The notes beneath the pieces were generated by a model. It did not search any database. It saw only the letters and a list, made by a program, of their open reading frames with translations, and was not told where the DNA came from. Shown piece after piece: positions 17,613-27,448 of a stretch of 64,000 nt of DNA. Source of the stretch: an uncultured Pseudomonadales bacterium (GTDB taxonomy: Bacteria > Patescibacteriota > Microgenomatia > UBA1400 > PJMF01); NCBI GenBank assembly GCA_964574595.1, contig CAZNOF010000007.1, forward strand, positions 11,703 to 75,702, written 5' to 3'. Within the stretch, counting starts at the first letter, position 1. Each line of letters opens with the position of its first letter. The position numbers were made by a program, and so were the translations under genes.

Positions 17613-18391
17613 CCACCATCTCAGTTATCACACCTTGTTTCAATGCTGAAAAATTCATCATGGCGTGTATCAGCTCAGTGGCCCAATCAGTCACCTTGAA
17701 CAACTATCAAATTGAACATATCCTGATTGATGATCATTCCTCTGACCAGACGGCATCTCTCATTCATTCATTAAACTCAAATGCTCAGCTGATTGAACTG
17801 AAACAACATCAAGGAGTCGGTGCAGCCAGAAATATTGGCTTACAACGTGCAACTGGAAAGTACGTTTTCTTTTTAGATGCAGACGATGTGCTCTTCCAAA
17901 ATAGTTTGCGAACTTTGTATCAAATAGCAGAAAAAACAGGATCAAGTTGGATTACTGGCGATTTCATTCGAAGCGACGAACATCTTGCCTACCAAATTGG
18001 CAATGACTACTACGGCTGGCCATTTTCATCGGCTGCCGAATTGTTAACATCTATGTATACAGGGCAGCATTTTTTTCAACAGAATAACTTGTTTTTGAAA
18101 GCCTTGCTTGATGGGGTAAACGGGTTTCAGGAGCAGTTAACCATGGCCGAAGATTTTGATCTCTGCACCAGACTGGCTCTCCAGGGAGTTGTTCCACACT
18201 ATCTTGCCGGACCACTTTATATTCATAGGTTGCATGACCAGAATACTTCAAACATCCATCTTCATAATAAAAATCAACATAAATCAGATGTCAAAAAACT
18301 GTTTGAAAACTATCAAAATGAAATGAAAAAAGTACTGAGTGACATTCAGTTTGAAAAAGTCAAAACGTATCTTATGGATATAAAGGTCTAA
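17609..18391 (+). CDS. family 2 glycosyltransferase
   Basis: GT2 N-terminal fold (ISVITPCFNAEKFIMACISS...IDDHSSDQT) with a DAD (DxD-like) motif. 260 aa. Confidence 0.75.
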   Translation: MTTISVITPCFNAEKFIMACISSVAQSVTLNNYQIEHILIDDHSSDQTASLIHSLNSNAQLIELKQHQGVGAARNIGLQRATGKYVFFLDADDVLFQNSLRTLYQIAEKTGSSWITGDFIRSDEHLAYQIGNDYYGWPFSSAAELLTSMYTGQHFFQQNNLFLKALLDGVNGFQEQLTMAEDFDLCTRLALQGVVPHYLAGPLYIHRLHDQNTSNIHLHNKNQHKSDVKKLFENYQNEMKKVLSDIQFEKVKTYLMDIKV

Positions 18392-19919
18392 AAGCTGATG
18401 AGGGATTAATAGAGGTGGCCTCAGAGCGGTAGTCCTGGGCTGTTTGATATAACTTCAAATACTGTTCTGCCGACTTCTTCCAAGAAAAGTCCACACTCAT
18501 GGTTCGTTCCATAATCGTGCGCCATCGGGGCGGATTTTTAAAAGTCTCAATGGCTCGAACTACGGCTGTTAATAGACTCTCAGGTGTAAATTTTTTAAAC
18601 GTAAAACCATATCCAGTATTATTCTGTGGATCATAATTCACAACTGAGTCAGCTAATCCCCCTGTGGCACGTACAACCGGAATACAGCCATAGCGCATGG
18701 CTTCAATGGCAATGATGCCACCGGGCTCGTAGCGGCTAGGAATGAGAATCATGTCTGCTCCGGCAAAAACTTTTCTTGGCAAAATAAAATCACGCATTAA
18801 GTGGATTCCAACTTTGCCCGGATACTTTTTCTCTAACTCAGTAAATAGTTCGTGAAAAGCTTGATCACCTGAACCTACCACAATAAATTGCGCACCTAGT
18901 TCTTCGATAATAAATTCTAGCTGTCTGGCCAATAGCCACAAGCCTTTTTGCTCATCTAAACGACCAACAAAGGATAACAAAGGAATTTTTTCATTCACAT
19001 CCAAACCAAAATGACGTTGTAAATCTCGCTTATTTGCACTGCGCAAGTCTAAGGTTTTTTTGGAAAACTGCTGCTTAATTAATTTATCAGTGGTTGGATT
19101 GAAGTCACCGGTGTCTAATCCATTCAGCACACCATACAATTTACCTCGCAACTCACGGAAAAGATTTTCCAACCCAGCACCATACTCCGCGTCAAGTAAC
19201 TCATGAACATATGTTTCAGAAACAGTGTTCACGACGTCGGCGTACATAATTCCCCGCTTCAATGAGTTTTGTTTAACGAATCGATCAGAGTAAAAAGAAC
19301 CAAGTGGGCTCTTACCATCATCAAAATCCATTTCCCCAGCATTCATAAAATCGTACACACCTTGATAAATATTGTGAACAGAAAGGAGAGTGGCAATCTT
19401 TTTCAATTTTGCCACGTTTTTATAACGACTGTCATGTCTCAAATAATCAATTAAATACCCAGTATGCCAATCATTTGCATGAATAATGTCAGGAACAAAG
19501 TCACCCTCTTTGACAAATTCGAGCGATGCTTTGGAAAGCAATCCAAATCGGATGTGATCATCACTATAGTTGTAAACGTTCGATCGCTTTTGGTAGTACT
19601 CTTCATTGATTAAGAAATAAACGGGAACGGAATTTTTTGTAGGTTGATATAACTTTACTGAACACTCAATTTCAGAAGGATTATGACTAGTGGGAGAACT
19701 ATTTTCACCTGTCTGAATTTTTAATTTTTCAAAAACTGTTTTTGACGGATACTTCTCTGGGTCAACTGTGCCGTACATCGGGGTAAAAATTCTGACATCA
19801 ACACCTAAACTTTTCAATGCATTACAAAGAAAATAGGCGACCTGAGATAAACCACCAACAGAGGAAAAAGGGGCGACTTCCGCACAAACAAATAAAACCT
19901 TGAGATTTTGAGGAACCAT
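18372..19919 (-). CDS. glgA: glycogen/starch synthase-like glycosyltransferase
   Basis: N-terminal GlgA motif (KVLFVCAEVAPFSSVGGLSQV). GT-B C-terminal domain with the E-x7-E region (PSRYEPGGIIAIEAMRYG). Confidence 0.8.
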   Translation of the reverse strand: MVPQNLKVLFVCAEVAPFSSVGGLSQVAYFLCNALKSLGVDVRIFTPMYGTVDPEKYPSKTVFEKLKIQTGENSSPTSHNPSEIECSVKLYQPTKNSVPVYFLINEEYYQKRSNVYNYSDDHIRFGLLSKASLEFVKEGDFVPDIIHANDWHTGYLIDYLRHDSRYKNVAKLKKIATLLSVHNIYQGVYDFMNAGEMDFDDGKSPLGSFYSDRFVKQNSLKRGIMYADVVNTVSETYVHELLDAEYGAGLENLFRELRGKLYGVLNGLDTGDFNPTTDKLIKQQFSKKTLDLRSANKRDLQRHFGLDVNEKIPLLSFVGRLDEQKGLWLLARQLEFIIEELGAQFIVVGSGDQAFHELFTELEKKYPGKVGIHLMRDFILPRKVFAGADMILIPSRYEPGGIIAIEAMRYGCIPVVRATGGLADSVVNYDPQNNTGYGFTFKKFTPESLLTAVVRAIETFKNPPRWRTIMERTMSVDFSWKKSAEQYLKLYQTAQDYRSEATSINPSSAFRPLYP

Positions 19920-19956
19920 TTGTGCTGATTATACACTAAATCTTGAGCATTACTTG

Positions 19957-22900
19957 TTACGTCGCATCTTTGAGCTCTTCTTCATCGTGGAACCACGTGT
20001 AGTAAAGCACCGGAATGAACAGCAACATAATCGTACTTGAAACGAGTAATCCAGAAATAATTGCTCCCCCCAAACCTCTCCACAGTGGATCGCTAATGGT
20101 GATTGGTAACAATCCTAATACAGTACAGAGCTTGGTTAAAATAATTGGTTCTAAACGGCTAGCACCTGCATCAGCAATTGATTCTTTAAACTTCATTCCT
20201 TGTCTACGATTCAAGTTAATCTTATCCACAATAAACATTGAGTTTGTCACGACGATACCAAAGAGAGACAGAACGCCAATTAAGGCTGGGAATGACAATG
20301 GTGTGCCAGTCAGAGCAAAAGCTAAGAAAACACTAGAAACAGCCAAAGGAATGACAATTAGCACAATAATCGCTTGTCTAAAGGAACCGAACTGCACCAC
20401 CATCGTAATTAAAATCAGGACTGCGGCAATGATCATTGCCTGCAAAATAGATTGGACCGATTTTTGATTCTCTTCATTTGCACCACCCGTCTTCCAAGAA
20501 TATCCTTGTTCTAAGTTGAGGTTGTTTGTTGCAAGGTCTTCCAATTTCTTATTCTCGTCTGTCGTCACATAACCATTTTTCACAGAAGCAGAAACAGAAA
20601 TTGTTCTCTTACCACCCTCACGAGTGATCACTGTAGGATTTGACTTAGCGACGATTTGACCTAATGACAAAAGCGGATAACTAACGCCGGCTGGGTTAGT
20701 TAAACTCAGCTCACTCAAACCTTCAGGAGTTTTCTGAGCACCATTAATTCTGAAGACTACGTCTGTTTTTTCAGTCTTTGATTTATCAAAGTTGATTGAG
20801 TTTAAGGTATATCCACTTGCATAGACACGCAACCAGAAACCAATTGTATCAGGTGAGATATTTGCTTCAGCCAATTTTTGTTGATCAGGTACAAATGTTA
20901 ACTTGCTTGGACCAGACTTGATGGATTTATCAACGTTTGCCGCCCCAGGTTGTGACTTTAGATAATTCACTACTTTGTCTGCGTACTCCTCTACTTTACC
21001 TAGGTCATCGCCTGACAACATGATCTGTAAATCAGAACCAGCTGGAGGACCACCACTTTCTTGAGTGACTGTCACAGTTCCATCTGGGAAGTTAGCATAT
21101 TTCTTTTGCACTTCATCAGCCAAGGTAGTTGAAGAAATAGTGCGTTGAGCTTTTGGTTTCAGGTGAACTGTGAATAAAGTGGCATCAAGTGCGTCAGATG
21201 GGGTGCTGTTGTTTGTTGAGCTTCTACCCACTTCTTCAGTTACAAATTCGGCACTAGGAGTGTGTCGTAACTCATCTAATAGTTTATCGGAAACAGCTTT
21301 AGTTTGACCGAGTACAGTCCCTGAAGACATCTTCAGAGTTACATAAAATAAATCAGCATCTGTCTTTGGGAAGAACTCATTTTTCACTAAACCAAGTGGG
21401 AGCAGTGAGAAGCAGATGATGGAATATGCCACCACTGCAAACATGGCTTTACGACGAGCACTCGCGGAATCAAGCACTTTGGTAATACTCCTGAAATACC
21501 AATTACTAAATCCTTCCACATTGATCACACCATTGTTCGTATACTTTTCAATTTGTGGAGCCGCTTTTTTGTAAAATGAACTTTTCTTTAATAGAGTATT
21601 CCAGCGAGTTTTCAACTCTGGAAAAACCCTCAATAGCACATAGGTAAAGGCGATGTAAATCACGGCCACAATTGGCAGGACTGGTGATCCGCTTACTGCA
21701 GACAATAATGCAACCAGAGCTAACAAGAAAACAACCACCTTAGCTAAGGTGACCAATCGCTTTGGAATATTTGGTTTCAACAAAATAATCATTAATGGTA
21801 ATGTAATTAATACGGCGATGGCAGTTGATGAGATCATGGTAATCGTCACCACAATTGGAATTGGTTTAATAAATTCACCGATAATTCCGGTACTAATTAA
21901 TAGTGGCACGAAAGACCAAATCGTAGTGATGGTTGTGGACCAGATTGGAATAATGGTATCTTTCCAAACTAATAGCCCTGTCTCCATCGGCGTAAATTTA
22001 CCCGACTTGTAGTATGTTGTCATGGCAGAAACCACCACGATGGTGTCATCAACCAATAGTCCTAATGCGAGTAAGAAAGCAAAGAGTGATAAGAAGTTAA
22101 TTGACATACCAAAGAACTGCATGAAGAAGAAAGCAGATAGAAATGTCAAAGGAACTGTAATTGATGAGATGATGGCTTGTCGTAAACCTAAGAACAAGAA
22201 CAATGCTACAAAAACTAAAATAATGGTGGATCGGAACTCACCTAATAGATCAACGAACTGCTTGGAAATTTCTTCACTGGAGTTGACTAACGTTGTGATT
22301 TTGAATTTGTTTTGGTGTTCAGCCACAACTTCATCAACCACTTTTTTGACGCTGTCGCCGGCTTCATCAATATTTACTCCGCCAGATTTGTAAACATAGA
22401 AAGTCACAGCTCGTTGAGAGCTCATTTCCTTGGTGGCTAAGAAGGAAATTTGTTGATTTTCTTTGGATTTTTCAACTACTGAAGCCACATCGGATAAATG
22501 AAGTACTTTCCCTTGAACCGTAATTGGCATGGTTCGAATGTCATCTATGGTTAAAATACTTGGATCGATAGTCAATGAGTATTGATGATCGTTGGCAGTA
22601 ATTGAGCCTGCAGGATAGGAAGCTATTCCCTTTTGAATTGATTGTGAGAGTCCTAGGGGATTTAATCCAAACTCTTGAACTTTTTCTGGGCTAACTGTAA
22701 CCACAATTTCTTGTGTTTCAAAACCTGATGTCACTACACGATCAATTTTTGGTAAGTCATCAATTTTATTCTTCAGCTCGTCAGTAAAACTCATTAAGTC
22801 GGGAACTTGTTGATCGGTTGTCACTGCAAATGTCCAAATTGGCGTATCTTCAAAGTCCAACACTTTCACAACAGGCGTGGTGGCATTACTTGGAAGACCA

Positions 22901-23316
22901 GTCACGGAATCGATAGCAGTTTGGACATCAACTTTGGCTTTTTCACCATCAACAGTTGAGAAAAACTGAGCCGTAATATATGACACGTTATTTTGAGAGA
23001 ACGACGAAACAGTATCAACACCTTTAACACCCCGGACCTCATCTTCAAGCGGAATTGTGACGAGTGATTCAACGTCTTCTGGACCAGCACCTGGCAAAAT
23101 GGTTTGAACCGTCACAATTGGAATTTTGACTTCCGGATTGAGTCGTTTTGGCAAACTTAAGTAACTCATCACGCCTAGTAAACTAATAGTTACTGCGATC
23201 AAGATAACTAAACGAATATTTGAGATATATTTCGCCACAGCCGAACCCATCATTTGAGGATTAAATTTCAAACGCTCCATGTAAGACTGAGATTTTTCGG
23301 TTTTCTTATTTGGCAT
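19957..23316 (-). CDS. efflux RND transporter permease subunit (1119 aa, 12 transmembrane segments, two large extracytoplasmic loops)
   Basis: Length and topology typical of AcrB/MMPL-type RND pumps. Conserved transmembrane regions (VVSAMTTYYKSG..., IGVLSLFGIVVTNSMFIVDKIN). Immediately follows the adaptor gene. Confidence 0.85.
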   Translation of the reverse strand: MPNKKTEKSQSYMERLKFNPQMMGSAVAKYISNIRLVILIAVTISLLGVMSYLSLPKRLNPEVKIPIVTVQTILPGAGPEDVESLVTIPLEDEVRGVKGVDTVSSFSQNNVSYITAQFFSTVDGEKAKVDVQTAIDSVTGLPSNATTPVVKVLDFEDTPIWTFAVTTDQQVPDLMSFTDELKNKIDDLPKIDRVVTSGFETQEIVVTVSPEKVQEFGLNPLGLSQSIQKGIASYPAGSITANDHQYSLTIDPSILTIDDIRTMPITVQGKVLHLSDVASVVEKSKENQQISFLATKEMSSQRAVTFYVYKSGGVNIDEAGDSVKKVVDEVVAEHQNKFKITTLVNSSEEISKQFVDLLGEFRSTIILVFVALFLFLGLRQAIISSITVPLTFLSAFFFMQFFGMSINFLSLFAFLLALGLLVDDTIVVVSAMTTYYKSGKFTPMETGLLVWKDTIIPIWSTTITTIWSFVPLLISTGIIGEFIKPIPIVVTITMISSTAIAVLITLPLMIILLKPNIPKRLVTLAKVVVFLLALVALLSAVSGSPVLPIVAVIYIAFTYVLLRVFPELKTRWNTLLKKSSFYKKAAPQIEKYTNNGVINVEGFSNWYFRSITKVLDSASARRKAMFAVVAYSIICFSLLPLGLVKNEFFPKTDADLFYVTLKMSSGTVLGQTKAVSDKLLDELRHTPSAEFVTEEVGRSSTNNSTPSDALDATLFTVHLKPKAQRTISSTTLADEVQKKYANFPDGTVTVTQESGGPPAGSDLQIMLSGDDLGKVEEYADKVVNYLKSQPGAANVDKSIKSGPSKLTFVPDQQKLAEANISPDTIGFWLRVYASGYTLNSINFDKSKTEKTDVVFRINGAQKTPEGLSELSLTNPAGVSYPLLSLGQIVAKSNPTVITREGGKRTISVSASVKNGYVTTDENKKLEDLATNNLNLEQGYSWKTGGANEENQKSVQSILQAMIIAAVLILITMVVQFGSFRQAIIVLIVIPLAVSSVFLAFALTGTPLSFPALIGVLSLFGIVVTNSMFIVDKINLNRRQGMKFKESIADAGASRLEPIILTKLCTVLGLLPITISDPLWRGLGGAIISGLLVSSTIMLLFIPVLYYTWFHDEEELKDAT

Positions 23317-23319
23317 GAA

Positions 23320-24777
23320 TTACTTTGCTTGGACTAAGTCACCTTCTAAAACATTTCTATCAATGATGACTTGGTCAGTCTTTTCTAGACCACCCTTCAC
23401 TTCCACATATTGGCCAAACACTTGACCTAATGAGATTGGCTTAACCATTGCAGAGGCAGAGCCTTGCTGGTTTTTGCCAATTACATACACGTAAGACTGT
23501 TCTTGCGTCTGGTAAACACTATCCAGCGGAATTGAAGCTGAAATATGTGACGAGGCGGAAGTAATTGGGGCAGTGACAGCTACCCAACTATTATTTGCCA
23601 ACGCAGCAGAGTACTGAGCCGGAATGTGATAAATGACACTAAATAAGGTGCCCTCAGTGGGTTCCTGAGAAATATAGGTTGGTTTGATAGAGACTTTTTG
23701 GTCACCAATACTAAAGATACTTGGGTCCAATACCGAGACACTTTTGGCAACTTGCTGAGAGACCAGGGCCACTGCAGTTGCTTGGTTATCTTTTGCTTTA
23801 ATTGTAGCCAAGGTTGCACCTGGTTGAACTGATTGGCCCACTTTTACGTAGACCCGTTCCACAGTTCCCAACACAGGAGAAGCTGGATACATGAATGATT
23901 CAGTCACTTGGCTAATTTTTAAATTCAAACCAGCAATATCTCGGTTCAGTTCAAGCATCTTTTGCTGTAAATCGAGCTGCTGGACAGCCAAATCTCGTTG
24001 CGCATCAGATAAAGCAGCTGGTGTTTTATCATCTGCAGCCTGGTATTCCAAGGTTCTTTGACCTGATTGCAAATTTGCTAAACCAGATTGAACTCCGGAT
24101 TTAGCTTGTTGTAGTTGCAGAATAGCTGCATCATTACTGTGATCAGCATTATTGGCGCTCAACGTCACGAGTTGACTATTAATTGAGTTCAATAGATCTG
24201 TATTCAAATTAATTAAATCTTTGGTGGCATCTTGTGATTGTCGATTAATGGCTCTTAACTCACTAGCCTGAGTGCCGACCTTTTGAGCAATATCTCTTTG
24301 CTTGTTAATGACATTCGTTTGAGCATCAAAGTTATCTACTTGATACTGATAACTTTTCTGTGAAATGGCCCGACTAATTGAAGAGATGTTGGCACCTTGA
24401 TAATTACTTGATAAAGCAATAATCGTCGTACCTCTTTGAACTTGGTCACCTTCTTTTTTCTTAATTTGTTGGACAATACCACCACTTTGAGCTACTAAGG
24501 TAATAGTTCCTGACTTTTCAATCTTGGCCTGAATGCTAATACTTGGAGATCCAGAGAGTTGATAAGTCTCAACTGCTTTTGTTTGAGGGACTGTTGATTT
24601 AACACTTGCTGCTGGTGTTCTCATTTTATTACCCAGTGCAGCAATTCCAATTAAAAGAGCTAACAAAATGAAAAAAGTTGATAAAGGGTGTTTATCGATA
24701 AACCCAGTAACTGCATTTTTCACGTTAGAAAGGGCTTTTTTGGGTGACAAATTTGAAGGTTGTTTTGACATATGCAT
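23320..24777 (-). CDS. efflux RND periplasmic adaptor (membrane fusion protein, HlyD family)
   Basis: N-terminal membrane anchor, lipoyl/beta-barrel segments and a long Q-rich coiled coil. 4 nt upstream of the RND permease. Confidence 0.75.
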   Translation of the reverse strand: MHMSKQPSNLSPKKALSNVKNAVTGFIDKHPLSTFFILLALLIGIAALGNKMRTPAASVKSTVPQTKAVETYQLSGSPSISIQAKIEKSGTITLVAQSGGIVQQIKKKEGDQVQRGTTIIALSSNYQGANISSISRAISQKSYQYQVDNFDAQTNVINKQRDIAQKVGTQASELRAINRQSQDATKDLINLNTDLLNSINSQLVTLSANNADHSNDAAILQLQQAKSGVQSGLANLQSGQRTLEYQAADDKTPAALSDAQRDLAVQQLDLQQKMLELNRDIAGLNLKISQVTESFMYPASPVLGTVERVYVKVGQSVQPGATLATIKAKDNQATAVALVSQQVAKSVSVLDPSIFSIGDQKVSIKPTYISQEPTEGTLFSVIYHIPAQYSAALANNSWVAVTAPITSASSHISASIPLDSVYQTQEQSYVYVIGKNQQGSASAMVKPISLGQVFGQYVEVKGGLEKTDQVIIDRNVLEGDLVQAK

Positions 24778-24842
24778 CCATGTTTTTATGAAGGCATATT
24801 ATACCATAAAAGACCCGAAATTAGAAGTCTCGCCTTGAGTAA

Positions 24843-25385
24843 CTAGGCTTTGGGGGGCCGTAAATACTCTTGTAGCGAAAAAATCGCATTACTACTAAAT
24901 ACCTCTTGAATTTCGCCTCTTATCGCCATGGCAACTGCTTCTTGTAAGGGTACCACTTTAAAACCCACAACTTCCTCTTCTTGATCATGTGTTTCTAAGG
25001 TACCAAACTCATCTACTTGAGCAAAATACAAACGAACTTTTTCCGAGGCCGCACTACTCAGCGCAAAATACTCGGCTATAAAGACAACTTCGTCCACTTG
25101 TACTCCTGTCTCTTCAAAGAGCTCGCGTTTAACTGCCATGTCTGGGTCTTCATTATCATTGACTCCACCACCTGGTAGTTCCCAATCCTCAGCATCAACT
25201 GGAAATCGGTATTGGCGCATTAACAAAACTTCATTTCTTTTATTTCTCACCAAAATGACAGCGCCATTTTTTCTCTCCAAAACTGCGTAGGTACTTGGAC
25301 TGCCATCTGGCATCTCAATTTGGTACTCTCTGACTACTGTCCAAGGATTTTGATAGACCACTTTATTCGTTCGTCTTTTATACAT
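24843..25385 (-). CDS. NUDIX hydrolase (ADP-ribose pyrophosphatase-like)
   Basis: Nudix box GGGVNDNEDPDMAVKRELFEETG. The likely start ATG at 25385 overlaps the TAA of the upstream gene (TAATG). The track's longer GTG start is at 25394. Confidence 0.8.
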   Translation of the reverse strand: MYKRRTNKVVYQNPWTVVREYQIEMPDGSPSTYAVLERKNGAVILVRNKRNEVLLMRQYRFPVDAEDWELPGGGVNDNEDPDMAVKRELFEETGVQVDEVVFIAEYFALSSAASEKVRLYFAQVDEFGTLETHDQEEEVVGFKVVPLQEAVAMAIRGEIQEVFSSNAIFSLQEYLRPPKA

Positions 25386-26440
25386 TACAACCACTCTTCC
25401 TGATCGGCTGCTCTTGATAATCGATCCATAACAGCTCTTCCAACTCCGGTAGCTGGGATAGCTTGAGCAATAATGATGTCAACTGCTTGGAGTTCAAAGT
25501 TCCGGAAAGCATCAAATAAAATAGCAGCATACCTCGCTGGCGATTTGGCAGCCAACTGAATGGGCGTAACCTCCTCACCTAGTTCATCAAGAGATAAAAT
25601 TGCGGCTTTCTCGCTTTTTTGTTCAGCTGCTTTGACGAGTTCTTTTGCTTTTTGTTTGAACAGTTCCACCGATGTCGCATGAATCAAGATAACGGATGAT
25701 TTTGGGGTGTAATGTTGGTATTTTAAGCCAGGAGATCTGACTATTTGCGTTTCAGAGGTTGTTAGTTGAGACAGTAATTGGAGATCTGGAATAAGCTGCT
25801 GCAGTTCTTCAAACGTGACTTCGCCAGGTCTTAACAGCATTGGCGGTTGAACAACTACATCGAGCACAGTCGATTCCACTCCCACATTCGTAGGTCCCCC
25901 ATCAATGATCATATCTACTTTGCCATCAAGATCATTTAAAACATGTTGCGCCGTAGTCGGACTCGGCCGTCCTGAAGTATTTGCCGATGGTGCAGCAATC
26001 GGCACGCCGGCCAAGCGAATTAACTCCTGAGCAATGGGATGACTTGGTAAACGAAGGGTGACTGTTTGAGCACCTGCAGTTACTTCTTGAGGAATGTTGT
26101 CTGCTTTTTGTAAGACTAATGTGAGTGGACCTGGCCAAAACTGACGAGCTAAAACACGAGCCAACTGCGGAATGTCTTTAGCATAAACATCCATATCCGC
26201 TCGATCAGCAATGTGAACAATGACTGGATTATCAACTGGTCGATTTTTGGCAACGAAAATACTTTTGACCGCTTCAGGATTCAGGGCGTTGGCTCCCAAC
26301 CCATAGACTGTTTCTGTAGGAAATGCCACCAGACCGCCCTCACGAATAATCTTCGCGGCTTCTTGGAGTTGCTCAGTCAGGTTTTCAAGTGACTTGATTT
26401 TGAGATAGACAGTTTTTTTCACCTGTCTATTGTAACTCAC
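25385..26440 (-). CDS. tsaC: L-threonylcarbamoyladenylate synthase (Sua5/TsaC long form: YrdC domain plus Sua5 C-terminal domain). The 5' end is approximate: a GTG start near 26423-26441.
   Basis: YrdC motifs (GGLVAFPTETVYGLGANA, SANTSGRPSPTTAQHV) and a Sua5 C-terminal domain. The track's ORF extends to 26647 over the divergent ABC gene with no Met. That extension is rejected. Confidence 0.75.
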   Translation of the reverse strand: MSYNRQVKKTVYLKIKSLENLTEQLQEAAKIIREGGLVAFPTETVYGLGANALNPEAVKSIFVAKNRPVDNPVIVHIADRADMDVYAKDIPQLARVLARQFWPGPLTLVLQKADNIPQEVTAGAQTVTLRLPSHPIAQELIRLAGVPIAAPSANTSGRPSPTTAQHVLNDLDGKVDMIIDGGPTNVGVESTVLDVVVQPPMLLRPGEVTFEELQQLIPDLQLLSQLTTSETQIVRSPGLKYQHYTPKSSVILIHATSVELFKQKAKELVKAAEQKSEKAAILSLDELGEEVTPIQLAAKSPARYAAILFDAFRNFELQAVDIIIAQAIPATGVGRAVMDRLSRAADQEEWL

Positions 26441-26501
26441 CCTGCTATATCTATTACTGGATGGTTTTTTTGACAAACTTCCAGTAAACTTGACGATACT
26501 T

Positions 26502-27446
26502 ATGGCAGATGTAATCCAAGTTGAACATTTAATAAAAAAATATAAGACGGGCGAAAAACGAGCCGTTGATGACATTTCATTCTCCGTCAAAGCTGGGGAA
26601 TTTTTTACGTTGCTGGGTCCAAACGGTGCTGGGAAAACGACGACCATTTCTATTTTAAATACAACACTCTCAAAAACATCTGGCCTGCTAAAAGTGGCCG
26701 GCTATGACGTGGACACACAAGCGGCTGAAGTTCGTCAATCGATCGGCGTTATCTTTCAAAACCAAAGTTTAGATTTAAATTTAACTGCTGAAGAAAATAT
26801 TCGCTTTCACGCTGTGCTTTATGGCCTGTACCCATTTCGACCAACATATAGTTTGATGCCGAAAGCATATAAAGACAAAGTGCAGGAACTAGCGAAAATA
26901 TTAGAAATTGAAGACAAAATCTTTGATCAAATCAAAACGTTCTCCGGCGGCATGAAGCGAAAATTAGAAATTATTCGTGGCCTGATTCACAATCCCAAAG
27001 TACTTTTCCTTGATGAGCCGACAACCGGATTAGACCCACTCAGCCGTCAAAATCTTTGGGAGTACTTGAAGACTGTTCGCAAAGAACTGAACACAACAAT
27101 TTTTTTGACTACTCACTACTTAGAAGAGGCAGAAAATGCTGACCGTGTGTGTATCATTAATCATGGCAAGATTATTTCACTCGGTTCACCTGAGCAACTA
27201 AAGAAACAATTTGTGGAAGAGTACATTACGCTGGATAGTGATAATCGATCAGCTTTAGAAAAAGAATTAAAAAGTCACAAGTTGAGATTCGAAGGAGCTG
27301 GACCTTACACTGTTCACCTAGATAAAAAATCTGTACAAAAAGTTATTCAGCTCGTAAAAGTAGAGTTGAGCGTCGTCAAAGTGCACACACCATCATTAGA
27401 AGAAGCCTATGTTGAAGTCATCCGAGAGGATCAAAATCATTCATAA
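26502..27446 (+). CDS. ABC transporter ATP-binding protein (ABC-2 / DrrA-like exporter ATPase)
   Basis: Walker A (GPNGAGKTT), signature (FSGGMKRKL) and Walker B (LFLDEPTTGLD). Paired with the downstream ABC-2 permease. Confidence 0.85.
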   Translation: MADVIQVEHLIKKYKTGEKRAVDDISFSVKAGEFFTLLGPNGAGKTTTISILNTTLSKTSGLLKVAGYDVDTQAAEVRQSIGVIFQNQSLDLNLTAEENIRFHAVLYGLYPFRPTYSLMPKAYKDKVQELAKILEIEDKIFDQIKTFSGGMKRKLEIIRGLIHNPKVLFLDEPTTGLDPLSRQNLWEYLKTVRKELNTTIFLTTHYLEEAENADRVCIINHGKIISLGSPEQLKKQFVEEYITLDSDNRSALEKELKSHKLRFEGAGPYTVHLDKKSVQKVIQLVKVELSVVKVHTPSLEEAYVEVIREDQNHS

Positions 27447-27448
27447 CT

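Noticed and set aside
22531-22539. GGTTCGAAT motif resembling a tRNA T-loop
   Set aside because: It is inside the RND permease coding sequence, with no acceptor or anticodon-stem context. I found no tRNA-like structure in any intergenic region.
25385-26647. Full-length 420-aa ORF for the Sua5/TsaC gene as given on the track
   Set aside because: The first 65 codons or so overlap the divergent ABC ATPase gene and contain no Met. YrdC homology begins near residue 70. Start trimmed to a GTG near 26423-26441.
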